A program made the translations under genes and the position numbers. This document shows positions 48,226-57,692 of a stretch of DNA of 64,000 nucleotides, piece after piece. The notes under the pieces were generated by a model, which saw only the letters and a program-made list of their open reading frames with translations, had not been told where the DNA came from and searched no databases. Numbering within the stretch: position 1 is the stretch's first letter; every line of letters starts with the position of its first letter. Origin of the DNA: a virus; the IMG/VR virus record IMGVR_UViG_2718217965_000001; one strand, 5' to 3'.

Positions 48226-49060
48226 AGCTCCCGATATTATCCCCAAAGAGGCACTCGCCTGGCTGAAGTCGAAAAAGCTGACGCCGGGCTTCGATTATCG
48301 CGATGTCTGGAAGCAGGAGCACAGCATCGGTTTTACCGTGGCGAAGATGACGCAGCTCGACCTGCTCTCAGACGTCAAAGCGCTGGTCGAAGACGCGATG
48401 GCCAGCGGTCAGTCTTTCGCTGAATTCCGGGAGGTGCTGAAGCCTCTGCTGGTGAAGCGTGGATGGTGGGGTCAGCAGATGATGGATGACCCGCTGACAG
48501 GTGAGACAAAGACGGTGCAGCTCGGCAGCGATCGTCGTCTGCGCACCATCTACGATACCAACATGCGTACTGCCCGTAGTGCTGGTCAGTGGGAACGTAT
48601 TCAGCGTACTAAACGCGCAATGCCCTATCTGCTCTATACGCTGGGTCCGTCACGCGAGCACCGCGCCGAGCACCTGAAATGGGCTGACCTCTGCCTGCCT
48701 GTTGACGACCCGTTCTGGCAGACACACATCGGCCCCAACGGCTGGGGCTGTAAATGCGGGGTTCGCCAGGTCAGCAAATACGAGTACGATCAGTTGCAGA
48801 AAAATGGTGTCCCGCGCAACGTGCAGCAGCTCGACGACAGCGGACAGCCAACCGGCCATGTTATCCGCCAGACCGTCCCGATCCGCACCGAAGCCCCGCC
48901 GGTCAAACGGGTGAAGTGGGTGAACAAGCGCACCGGCGAAGAGGAGATGGTGCCGGAAGGGATTGATCCGGGCTGGGACTACAATCCGGGCACGCGCCGA
49001 CAGGCTGAACTTGAGCGCCAGCTGGCCGCGAAGCAAAGCGCCTTCGACAGTGATAACTAA
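48218..49060 (+). CDS. Head morphogenesis protein (Mu F-like)
   Basis: FTVAK; RL.TIY.TN; DDPFW...PNGWGCKC. Confidence 0.92.
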   Translation: MAKAPDIIPKEALAWLKSKKLTPGFDYRDVWKQEHSIGFTVAKMTQLDLLSDVKALVEDAMASGQSFAEFREVLKPLLVKRGWWGQQMMDDPLTGETKTVQLGSDRRLRTIYDTNMRTARSAGQWERIQRTKRAMPYLLYTLGPSREHRAEHLKWADLCLPVDDPFWQTHIGPNGWGCKCGVRQVSKYEYDQLQKNGVPRNVQQLDDSGQPTGHVIRQTVPIRTEAPPVKRVKWVNKRTGEEEMVPEGIDPGWDYNPGTRRQAELERQLAAKQSAFDSDN

Positions 49061-49217
49061 ACGCGGCGGTAATCAGCCTCAAACGCGCTCAGAGACTTTA
49101 CCGGCATTTGTGGTACGATGATTCTCTGAAAATTTCTTAAACGCGCCATGACGTTTTTGAACGGGGTTTGAACGGTATTCCCGCTGCGCTTGCCCGGCAC
49201 TCTTCCTTTATATACAG

Positions 49218-49233
49218 GGAAAGCGGTTAATCC
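49218..49233 (+). promoter_or_regulatory. Candidate Mor/C activator site of the head operon
   Basis: GGAAAGCGGTTAATCC, repeat of 41543-41558. Confidence 0.5.
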
Positions 49234-49293
49234 ACTTTCTTCTCCCCCATCGCCGACACTGTCCGTCAGTTACCTTTAACGACGGACAGCACC

Positions 49294-50265
49294 ATGCCAA
49301 AGCCTGCAACACAACTCGAATTTCTGGCCCTGTGCTTTGAGCTTCCAGACCTGTCGGATGCCAGCACGCCACTACCGGAATGGTTGCCGATGATCCCTGC
49401 GGGCACCTTCACTGGCCGGGATGGCCGTACGTGGGTAAACGACAATCCGCAGGCCATCATTGCCACGTCCTTTCGTTACCCGACATTGCCGTTTGATGCC
49501 GAACATTCCACCGAGCTGCTGGGCCCGAAAGGTGAAGAAGCTCCGGCTTATGCCTGGATTGATGCCATGCGCGTCAACGCCGACGGCAGCATTGACGGTC
49601 ATATCGAGTGGACGCCTGACGGCGAAGCGCTCGTTCGCGGTAAGAAGTATCGCTATTACAGCCCGGCTTTCCGTCATTTCCCTACCGGTCAGGTCTCGCA
49701 TCTGTCCAGCGCTGGCCTGACCAACAAACCCAACCTGTATTTACCCGCTCTTAACTCGGAGAACACCATGCCTTTACCTGTGCAGATTGCCACGGCACTG
49801 GGTCTGGCTGAGACCGCGTCGGTTGATGACGCTGTATCAGCTATCCAGACCATCAAAAACAGCGAATCGGTTGCGCTGAACCGCGCACAAAACCCGGACC
49901 TGTCGAAGTTTATTCCGCTGGAGACTCACAATCTGGCGCTGAACCGCGCTCAGGAGGCTGAGAACCGCCTGAAAGCGCTCGACGAGCAGACGGCCACCGC
50001 GCTGGTTGACGATGCAGTGACCGCCGGGAAAGTCGCGCCCGCTAACCGCGATATGTATCTGGCTCTTTGCCGCAGTGAAGAAGGCCGTCAGCAGTTTACC
50101 GAGTTCGTGAAAACTGCGCAGCCGCTGGTCAATCAGGACCCGTCCAAAGGTAAAGAGAACAAGGGGCAGCAGACCACGTTGACCGAAACCGAACTGGCGA
50201 TGTGTCGCAGTATGGACATCACCGAAGAAGCGTTTCTCGCCGCTAAATTAAAACAGGAGCAATAA
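49294..50265 (+). CDS. Protease/scaffold (Mu I-like)
   Basis: P.G.F.GRDGR; YRYYSP.F; GLTN.PNL. Confidence 0.92.
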   Translation: MPKPATQLEFLALCFELPDLSDASTPLPEWLPMIPAGTFTGRDGRTWVNDNPQAIIATSFRYPTLPFDAEHSTELLGPKGEEAPAYAWIDAMRVNADGSIDGHIEWTPDGEALVRGKKYRYYSPAFRHFPTGQVSHLSSAGLTNKPNLYLPALNSENTMPLPVQIATALGLAETASVDDAVSAIQTIKNSESVALNRAQNPDLSKFIPLETHNLALNRAQEAENRLKALDEQTATALVDDAVTAGKVAPANRDMYLALCRSEEGRQQFTEFVKTAQPLVNQDPSKGKENKGQQTTLTETELAMCRSMDITEEAFLAAKLKQEQ

Positions 50266-50267
50266 CA

Positions 50268-51167
50268 ATGCCAGCACCGTCAGCAGAGATTCTGCACGCA
50301 CTTTCAACATCGCTGAGCGCCGCATTTACCCAGGGTCTCGCGGGCATCAAACCGCAATACCTGCGCATTGCCACCGAAGTGCCGAGCAGCGCCGCCTCCA
50401 ATACATATGGCTGGATCTCGGACCTGCCCGAAATCAAAGAATGGATTGGTGATCGCCAGCTGGCGCTGCTTTCCCAGCAGGGTTACACCATCCCGAACAA
50501 GACATGGGAAAACTCCATCCGCGTTAAGCGGGAAAATATCGAAGATGACCAGTTGGGCCAGTACCGCATTACTGCGCAGGCGTTCGGGCGTCAGGTCTCC
50601 GAGTTCCCGGACAAACTGAGCTTCCCGCTGCTGGTTGCCGGGTTCACCTCGTTGTGCTTTGACGGTCAGAACTTCTTTGATACCGACCACCCGATGGCGG
50701 GCGGCACCTACAGCAATATCGTAGGTGATGGTACTGAGACGGGTGAGCCGTGGTTCCTGATTGACGAGAGTCAGGTACTGAAACCGATCCTCTATCAAAA
50801 GCGCCGCCCGTTCGACTTCCATGCACTGGACGATCTTGATAGCGAGCACACGTTTAAAAACAACGAGTTTCTCTTTGGTGTGGACGGTCGCTGTAACGTC
50901 GGCTTTGGTTTCTGGCAGACAGCATGCGGGTCACGTGCACCACTGACTGTGGCCAATTATGAGAAGGCAACAGATGTATTGCTGGGTATGAAGCGCGATT
51001 CTGGCGAACCGCTGGGGATCAATCCAACCACGCTGGTAGTTGGACGTAAAAACCGCGCGGCAGCAAAACGTATTATCGACGCAATGCTGGTCGATGGTGG
51101 CGATTCCAACATCTATTACAAGGATGTCGATATCGTTAACAGCCCCTTTATTAGCACCCCGGCGTAA
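50268..51167 (+). CDS. Major capsid protein (Mu T-like)
   Basis: YGW...P...EWIG.R; DGQNFFDTDH; FGFWQ. Confidence 0.95.
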   Translation: MPAPSAEILHALSTSLSAAFTQGLAGIKPQYLRIATEVPSSAASNTYGWISDLPEIKEWIGDRQLALLSQQGYTIPNKTWENSIRVKRENIEDDQLGQYRITAQAFGRQVSEFPDKLSFPLLVAGFTSLCFDGQNFFDTDHPMAGGTYSNIVGDGTETGEPWFLIDESQVLKPILYQKRRPFDFHALDDLDSEHTFKNNEFLFGVDGRCNVGFGFWQTACGSRAPLTVANYEKATDVLLGMKRDSGEPLGINPTTLVVGRKNRAAAKRIIDAMLVDGGDSNIYYKDVDIVNSPFISTPA

Positions 51168-51243
51168 TCGTCAGTCTCCATTTTTAATACCGTTACAGCG
51201 GGTTTTAACCCCGCTGTAACCCACCTTTAAAGAGGATGGAACA

Positions 51244-51750
51244 GTGAGTGGAACGAAAGAAAAAACAGCGGGTAAGCAAAACACTAAAGGTCGCGCTGGC
51301 AAGGTTTCAGCGCAGGAAGTGGCACAGGCTGATGCATCTGACCTGCCGGGAGCTGAACGGTCAGTCACATTGCCAGGGCATTACGTTGCGGTGGGTGCGT
51401 CCCCCGTCAGCGTAACCACCGGAACTGTTGATTTGACGCTAACGCCTGAAGGTCTGGCCGCGGGTGGTGGAAGTGAGAACCTTATCACCGTCCCCCCTGC
51501 AACCGACGATGTTGTGGTGCTGGAGGTTCGCGCCAGACATGAGCGCGGGTTCTGGCGCTGTGGCCGCTTCTGGCCACGTGAGCCGGTGCATGTTTTTGTC
51601 AGCGACGATCCCGATGGTGATAACGAGGCAAACGCGCTGGAGGGTGATGTGGTCGTGGAAAGCTTCATCAGCCATGAAACCGCAGAGCGCCTGAAAACCG
51701 AGCCTCATCTGGTGGTGACGGTCCTGCAGACGGTAGCGGGGAAAGGCTGA
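51244..51750 (+). CDS. Hypothetical head-region protein
   Basis: C-terminal GF.RCG..W...L..EP.L.V module. Confidence 0.65.
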   Translation: MSGTKEKTAGKQNTKGRAGKVSAQEVAQADASDLPGAERSVTLPGHYVAVGASPVSVTTGTVDLTLTPEGLAAGGGSENLITVPPATDDVVVLEVRARHERGFWRCGRFWPREPVHVFVSDDPDGDNEANALEGDVVVESFISHETAERLKTEPHLVVTVLQTVAGKG

Positions 51751-52190
51751 TGGGTATTTACGTTACCCGTGATGACCTGCTGGCCACAGATGGTTCGCTG
51801 GTCTGGAACATGGCCATCGACAAGGCAACGAACCAGCTCGACGAGACGAAGATAGCCACGGCCATCGAGGATGCCGACGCGGAGATCAACTCTTTTCTGT
51901 CAAAGCGCTATCAGTTGCCGCTGAACATCACCACCGTTCCGCGCCCGCTGCACCGGGTAGCTGTATCCATCGCCATTTACTGGCTGTCCGAGCGCGACAA
52001 TCAGATCACCGACCTGATTCAGAAGCGCTACGACAGCGCCATCCAGACCCTCAAGGAGATGGCGAACGGCACGCGCGACCTCGGCCTGCCGACCGACACT
52101 CCGGCCCCTGAGACCGATAACGGCAGGATGATTGTTGTCTCTGATAACAAACGTCTGTTCACCCGTAACAACCTCAAAGGGGTGCTGTGA
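51750..52190 (+). CDS. Head-tail connector (Mu gp36-like)
   Basis: A..DA..EI...L..RY.LPL; IA.Y.L. Confidence 0.88.
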   Translation: MGIYVTRDDLLATDGSLVWNMAIDKATNQLDETKIATAIEDADAEINSFLSKRYQLPLNITTVPRPLHRVAVSIAIYWLSERDNQITDLIQKRYDSAIQTLKEMANGTRDLGLPTDTPAPETDNGRMIVVSDNKRLFTRNNLKGVL

Positions 52191-52732
52191 TGGGGATATC
52201 GGTTGAGGTTATCGGTGCTGAGAAGCTGCAGCAGATGCGACTGGCCATCGAGAAACTCTCTGACAGCTCGCTGCAGCAGGAACTGCTGGAGAGTATCGGC
52301 GCTGTCGTTGAATCGCAGACCCGCCGCCGCATCAGCGACGAGAAAACCTCACCGGCTGGCGAGCGCTGGGAGGAATGGTCCGAAGGTTACCGCAAGACCC
52401 GCAGCGGGAATCAGAGCCTGCTGCAGGGGAATGGCGATCTGCTCGACAGCATCCAGTACATCGTCGAGCGTGGCCGCGTTCGTGTGGGTTCTCCGCTCAG
52501 CTACAGCGGCGTTCATCAGGACGGCTTTGCAGGCAGCGTTCCGGTCAGCGCCCACAAGCGTCTCATTCATCAGGCGTTTGGCCGGGCGCTGAAGCATCCG
52601 GTCTGGCAGACCGTGGGCTCCCATACCCGCCAGATGAATATTCCGCAGCGCGAGTACCTCGGGCTGTCCACCGCAAACAGTGATGAGCTGATGCATGTCA
52701 TCGGCGATTTCTGGAGTGAGGTATTACCGTGA
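52187..52732 (+). CDS. Virion morphogenesis protein (Mu G-like)
   Basis: P.G..W; L...G.L..SI; HQ.G; IP.R.YLG. Confidence 0.88.
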   Translation: MMGISVEVIGAEKLQQMRLAIEKLSDSSLQQELLESIGAVVESQTRRRISDEKTSPAGERWEEWSEGYRKTRSGNQSLLQGNGDLLDSIQYIVERGRVRVGSPLSYSGVHQDGFAGSVPVSAHKRLIHQAFGRALKHPVWQTVGSHTRQMNIPQREYLGLSTANSDELMHVIGDFWSEVLP

Positions 52733-53340
52733 GCAATGAACGTCCGTCCCTGCTGACCACCGGCTCCACGGTCTCCGCCGCTGAGAACATAGTGGCGTGG
52801 CTGAAGCCGGAGCTGTTGAACGAACCTCAGCAAAACAAGCCTGACCGCGTCAGCGTGATTGAACGCCATATCGGCCAGTTCAGCACCCCGGCTGAGGTCA
52901 AAACCTGGCTGTCAGATCGTGATGGCTGTATCCGTCTGGCCGCACTCCGGGTGCGCAACATCCGTGCACAGGCTGGCGGCACCGTCGGTGATATCACCTG
53001 GGCGGCGTACGTCATGGCCACCGATGCCTGGGGGTATGCGCGCGACACCCGCTGCGAGGTACTGGTCGGGAAGCTGGTGCGCCGTATTGTCCAGCGCGGA
53101 GCCGCTAACGGTATGAAGGCCGAGCGTCTGGCCACCTCCGTCAGCGCCGACAATATCTATTCCGGCGGGCTTAACGAGCTGGGCCTGACCATGTGGGCCG
53201 TGACGTGGGAACAGGAGTTCCGTCTGGATGATGAAATCGACCTTGCCACCCTCCCTGACTTCCTGCGACTGGGGGCCACGCTGCAGGTCGGCGATGGCAC
53301 CACCCCGATTGAAGGCGTTATTAACGTAAGAGAGCCATAA
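52729..53340 (+). CDS. Tail terminator (Mu gp37-like)
   Basis: Position before the sheath; WAV.W.Q. Confidence 0.7.
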   Translation: MSNERPSLLTTGSTVSAAENIVAWLKPELLNEPQQNKPDRVSVIERHIGQFSTPAEVKTWLSDRDGCIRLAALRVRNIRAQAGGTVGDITWAAYVMATDAWGYARDTRCEVLVGKLVRRIVQRGAANGMKAERLATSVSADNIYSGGLNELGLTMWAVTWEQEFRLDDEIDLATLPDFLRLGATLQVGDGTTPIEGVINVREP

Positions 53341-53342
53341 CG

Positions 53343-53552
53343 ATGAAAAAACATATCAAGCCCGCCCGCGCGGGGCTGCTGGTGCGAAAAGCTGATGGCC
53401 AGCGCCTCAGTCCTGAAGGGGAAACGCTCCTCATGAGTGCATGGTGGCATCGCCGCGAAGCTGAAGGTGATGTTGTTATCACCGATATCCAGGCGGAATC
53501 CGTAACCGAACCGGCGGAAGTCCGCCAGACCCGAACCGCAAAGGAGAAGTGA
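53343..53552 (+). CDS. DUF2635-like protein (Mu gp38)
   Basis: KPA..G..VR...G..L...G......WW.RR...GDV. Confidence 0.85.
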   Translation: MKKHIKPARAGLLVRKADGQRLSPEGETLLMSAWWHRREAEGDVVITDIQAESVTEPAEVRQTRTAKEK

Positions 53553-53553
53553 T

Positions 53554-55035
53554 ATGTCGTCACTGGGTAATATTCCTGCTGATATACGCGTTCCGCTGGT
53601 GTACATCGATATTGATAATTCTCAGGCGCTCGACAGCGCCCCGGCGCAGTCGCGCAAAATTATCGTCATCGGCCAGCAGAGTGCGACCGGCACCGCTGCC
53701 GTTCTGACGCAAAACCGTATCACCAGCGACGGCTCAGCTGACCAGCTTTACGGTAAAGGCTCCATGCTGGCCGGGATGCTCAAAACCCTGCGTAAGGCTA
53801 ACAGCTATACCGAAGTGTGGGCGATGGGCCTGGCTGATATTGCTGCCGGTGCTGCCTCAAAAGCAGAGCTGACCATCACCGGCCCGGCCACTGCTGCGGG
53901 CACGCTGGCCCTGCTGATTAACGGTATATCGGTGCAGGTTGGCATCAGCGCTGACGATACCGCCGACACTATCGCGACAGCCATTATCGCCGCCGTTAAC
54001 AAACTGCCCGATACGCAGGTTACTGCTGCGCTGAAAGCGGATTCGACCGACGTCGTCACCCTGACCACCAACTGGAAAGGCGCGACCGGCAATGCGATGG
54101 ACGTCCGTCTCAACTACTACACCGGCGAGCAGACACCTGCAGGCGTTTCTGTTGCCCTGACCGCTTTCTCCGGCGGCACCGGCACCCCGGATATTGCGGC
54201 CGTCGTCGCGGCGCTGGGTGATGACTGGTACACCGATATTGTGTTCCCGTTCAACGATACGCAGAGCCTGAACACCATCCGGGATGAACTGCTCGAACGC
54301 TGGGGACCGCTCAAAATGATTGAGGCGCAGCTCTGGACGGCTTTCCGGGGCACCCATGCCGAAAGCGGCACCTTCGGAGAAACCCGCAATGACTGGCTGA
54401 TTTCCTGCATCGGGACCAACATCGCACCGCAACCGCACTGGCTGTGGGCGGCATCCTACGGCGGTATAGCGTCATACTATCTGGCCAACGACCCGGCCCG
54501 TCCGCTGCAGACGCTGGTGCTGCAGGGCATCCTGCCGCCGGTCAAGACAGTGCGCTGGGATATGCCGGAGCGCAACCTGCTGCTGCATGACGGCATCGCC
54601 ACCCATTACGTTGACGCCAGCGACAACGTCTGCATCGAGCGTGAAATCACGATGTACCGCGTCAACCAGTATGGTGACGCCGATACGTCGTACCTCGACG
54701 TGCAGTCACCGGCGACGCTGGGGCGTATCCGCTATGTCATCAAAAACCGGTTCACCAACCGCTATCCGCGTCACAAGCTGGCCGGGGATGATGTGCTCGA
54801 CCTGCTTGATCCGGGCCAGCCGGTGATGACGCCGAAGATTGCCCGCGCCGAGCTGCTGGATATCGCACTGACTGAGCTGATTCCGGCTGGTCTGGTTGAG
54901 GACTTCGACGACTACAAAGACACGCTGGATGTGTATCTCGACGGCGACGATAAAAACCGCCTGAACTTCATCTGCCACCCGAACCTGGTCAACCAGCTGC
55001 GTGTGCTGGCCGGTCTTATCCAGTTCAAACTTTAA
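53554..55035 (+). CDS. Tail sheath protein
   Basis: 493 aa; IP..IRVPL.Y; DPARPLQT; RNLLL.DGI. Confidence 0.96.
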   Translation: MSSLGNIPADIRVPLVYIDIDNSQALDSAPAQSRKIIVIGQQSATGTAAVLTQNRITSDGSADQLYGKGSMLAGMLKTLRKANSYTEVWAMGLADIAAGAASKAELTITGPATAAGTLALLINGISVQVGISADDTADTIATAIIAAVNKLPDTQVTAALKADSTDVVTLTTNWKGATGNAMDVRLNYYTGEQTPAGVSVALTAFSGGTGTPDIAAVVAALGDDWYTDIVFPFNDTQSLNTIRDELLERWGPLKMIEAQLWTAFRGTHAESGTFGETRNDWLISCIGTNIAPQPHWLWAASYGGIASYYLANDPARPLQTLVLQGILPPVKTVRWDMPERNLLLHDGIATHYVDASDNVCIEREITMYRVNQYGDADTSYLDVQSPATLGRIRYVIKNRFTNRYPRHKLAGDDVLDLLDPGQPVMTPKIARAELLDIALTELIPAGLVEDFDDYKDTLDVYLDGDDKNRLNFICHPNLVNQLRVLAGLIQFKL

Positions 55036-55044
55036 GGAGCCTTT

Positions 55045-55398
55045 ATGAGCATACTGGGTATGGCGGCCATCCGTATTAATGGCCGCGAAATCAAAACCGA
55101 GGGTAAATCCACCCTCAATCCGGGGGGCTACGCCCGCACCCAGCATATGGGCGGCGGCAAGGTCTGGGGGAACTCCCGCAAGATGGCGGGCCCCTCGATC
55201 CAGATGACTATCGCGGCTGCGCAGGATATGGACGTTATCGAAATCAGCAACTGGGAAGACGTGACCGTCATGTTTGAGGGTGACAACGGCCTGACCTACA
55301 TGATGACCGGCGCGGCCACCGACAATCCGGCGACGCTGGATGAAGACGCTGGCACCATCAGCGCCAACTTTATCGGCGTCAAACTGGTGAAGGTGTAA
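55045..55398 (+). CDS. Tail tube protein
   Basis: 117 aa directly after the sheath. Confidence 0.88.
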   Translation: MSILGMAAIRINGREIKTEGKSTLNPGGYARTQHMGGGKVWGNSRKMAGPSIQMTIAAAQDMDVIEISNWEDVTVMFEGDNGLTYMMTGAATDNPATLDEDAGTISANFIGVKLVKV

Positions 55399-55401
55399 AT
55401 C

Positions 55402-55785
55402 ATGGCTGAGTTAACCGTAACCCTGAAACATGGCTTTATCACCGGCAAAGGCACCGAAGATGAAGCCCGTCATTCCGTCGTCACCTTCCGGGAGCTGAAT
55501 TCGAAAGACGTTATCGATGCGCAACTTGAAGCAGAACGTGTGGTGATTGGTGACAACGGTAAGGCGGTTGCCTATTGCTCCGAAGTGCTGATGGGACTGG
55601 CGCTGTTGCGTAAACAGATTTTAAGCGTTGGTGATATCCCCGGCCCGTTGTCGCTTAAACAGCTTTACAGCTTCCACCCGGAAGACCTTGAACTCCTGTC
55701 CAGCAAAGCCAGCGCGATGGACGACTTACTCGCGGAGACAGCAAACCGGGGGCGAACTGACGCCGCTGGCGACGGCGTTCAGTAA
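55402..55785 (+). CDS. Tail assembly chaperone (Mu gp41-like)
   Basis: Position; GG GGG CGA site near the 3' end. Confidence 0.85.
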   Translation: MAELTVTLKHGFITGKGTEDEARHSVVTFRELNSKDVIDAQLEAERVVIGDNGKAVAYCSEVLMGLALLRKQILSVGDIPGPLSLKQLYSFHPEDLELLSSKASAMDDLLAETANRGRTDAAGDGVQ

Positions 55786-55906
55786 CCTTCTCGTCAATTT
55801 GTCCCAACGTTTTGATTTGCCCTACCTGCAGCAGTTGCCTATACGGCAGCTGCTGCGCCTGACAGAGCAGTTGAGGAAGCAAAATGTCAAACCGCCTCAC
55901 CACTGA
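55748..55906 (+). CDS. Chaperone extension reached by a -2 frameshift
   Basis: CGG GGG CGA at 55747-55755; the -2 frame is open to 55906. Confidence 0.65.
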   Translation, partial: GGELTPLATAFSNLLVNLSQRFDLPYLQQLPIRQLLRLTEQLRKQNVKPPHH

Positions 55907-57692
55907 AATACTCATCAATCTGGCAGGTAACCTGACCGCGAAGGCCCGCCAGTATGGAGCCAACATGTCTGAATTTGCCCGCCGTAATGAGCGGGCAATG
56001 AACGTGGTTAAAGCTACTACGGCGGCGGCTGGCCGTGGTCTTGATGCATTGGGTAACCGCTACACCACCCTGATTGCCGGTTTTGCCGGCAGTGCCATGT
56101 TGAGAGACTTTGCCGCGACAGACCGCCGCATCACCCGTATGGGGCTGGCTGCAGAGAAGACCAAAAAAGAGATGTCCGCGATGTTCAGCGGTATGCAGGA
56201 TGCCGCGATCAAATTCCGTGTCGATGACAGCGAAGTGGTCAGCGCCATTGAGAAAGTTGGGACCGTCACTGGTGATATCGATTACGGCTTTAAGAACCGT
56301 AACATTATGGCCGCTTCGCTGGCAGCCTCTGGTTCCGAAGGTGAAAGCATTGGTGGCCTCTTTTCTCAGTTTACGAAGTTCAACCTGACCGACGAAAAGC
56401 AGACACTGCAGGCAATGGATACCCTGAATCAGCTCGGTAAAGAAGGTGCATTTGAGCTGAAGGATATCGCCGAACGCGGCGTAAAAGCGTTCTCAATGTA
56501 TGCCGCTGCCGGGGGAACGGGCGTCAGAGGTGTGAAGGACGTCGGCGTTGCGCTGGAGAGTGCGGTCGATGCCACCGGCGATACGACGACAGCCTCCACT
56601 GCAGTTGAAAACCTTATTCGAGATTTGCAAATCCCAAAAGTTGTCAAAACACTGCGCCAGAACGGTATCAATGTTTTTGGTAAAGACGGGGCAATGCGAT
56701 CTCTCCCCACGCTGATGCAGGAGATTGCCAAAAAATCCGGTAACAAAGGTGCGGAGAAACAGAACGCCCGCTTACTTGGTGCCGGTTTCAATCAGGACAG
56801 TATCCTGTTGCTGAGTAGTGTGACGTCCGGTAAAGGCGCGGAGAACCTTAAACGTTATAACGGGGTTGTAGCTGACGGTCAGGGCATTATGAACGATGCC
56901 GCTTATGCTGCTAAAGACTTCACCTCGGCCATGTCATCTCTGAACAACACCTGGAAAAAATTTGCGAACAGCAATCTTGCGGAACCCGTGCAGGAGCTGG
57001 CCGACGCCATCAACTCGGTAGACCAGAAGACCGTCCAGAACTGGCTGGAAACCGGTAAGAATATTGCCATCGCGGTCGGGGGCGTTATCGCCGCCCGCAA
57101 GGCGTTTCAGCTTGGTAAAGGCGCGTGGGAGCTGTTCGGCGGTGGGAAATCCAAAGGTATCCCTAAAGGTGTCTCTGACGTGTTTGGTTCCGGTGTGATG
57201 CCCGTCTACGTCGTTAATATGGGTAATGGAGGCATGGGTGGCCCAGATATTGGTGGTCCCGGAGGTGGGAGAAAGCCCGGACGCGGCGGTTCGGGACGCG
57301 CCTACTCAGCTCTAGGGTCATCATGGATGGTTGGTCCATTAGCCGCCACAATCCCTTTTCTGTCAGAGCCTCCCCCTCTGACTGATGATGATAAGGCTAG
57401 CATGGTCAAATGGGCGCAAGACCGCGCTAAAGGCCCGTCTGTTTGGACAAAGGTAAAAGACTGGCTGACTTCTCCGACCACCTCCCTAGCTGGTTATCAG
57501 GATCCGTCGCCGTGGGCGTCGATGCAGCCACAAAACCAGCCTGGCTATCCGTTCCTGCAGCAACCTGAGCTGAAGGGCAGCATCGAGGTTTCTGTTAAAG
57601 ATGATCGGGTTCAGGTTACCAGCGTTAAAGTCAATGCCCCCGGTGTCACCATGAGTGCGTCCAGCGGTGTTCGTAATATGGAGCAGCAGTAA
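55884..57692 (+). CDS. Tape measure protein
   Basis: 602 aa; GK.GAFELKD; PVYVVN. Confidence 0.92.
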   Translation: MSNRLTTEILINLAGNLTAKARQYGANMSEFARRNERAMNVVKATTAAAGRGLDALGNRYTTLIAGFAGSAMLRDFAATDRRITRMGLAAEKTKKEMSAMFSGMQDAAIKFRVDDSEVVSAIEKVGTVTGDIDYGFKNRNIMAASLAASGSEGESIGGLFSQFTKFNLTDEKQTLQAMDTLNQLGKEGAFELKDIAERGVKAFSMYAAAGGTGVRGVKDVGVALESAVDATGDTTTASTAVENLIRDLQIPKVVKTLRQNGINVFGKDGAMRSLPTLMQEIAKKSGNKGAEKQNARLLGAGFNQDSILLLSSVTSGKGAENLKRYNGVVADGQGIMNDAAYAAKDFTSAMSSLNNTWKKFANSNLAEPVQELADAINSVDQKTVQNWLETGKNIAIAVGGVIAARKAFQLGKGAWELFGGGKSKGIPKGVSDVFGSGVMPVYVVNMGNGGMGGPDIGGPGGGRKPGRGGSGRAYSALGSSWMVGPLAATIPFLSEPPPLTDDDKASMVKWAQDRAKGPSVWTKVKDWLTSPTTSLAGYQDPSPWASMQPQNQPGYPFLQQPELKGSIEVSVKDDRVQVTSVKVNAPGVTMSASSGVRNMEQQ

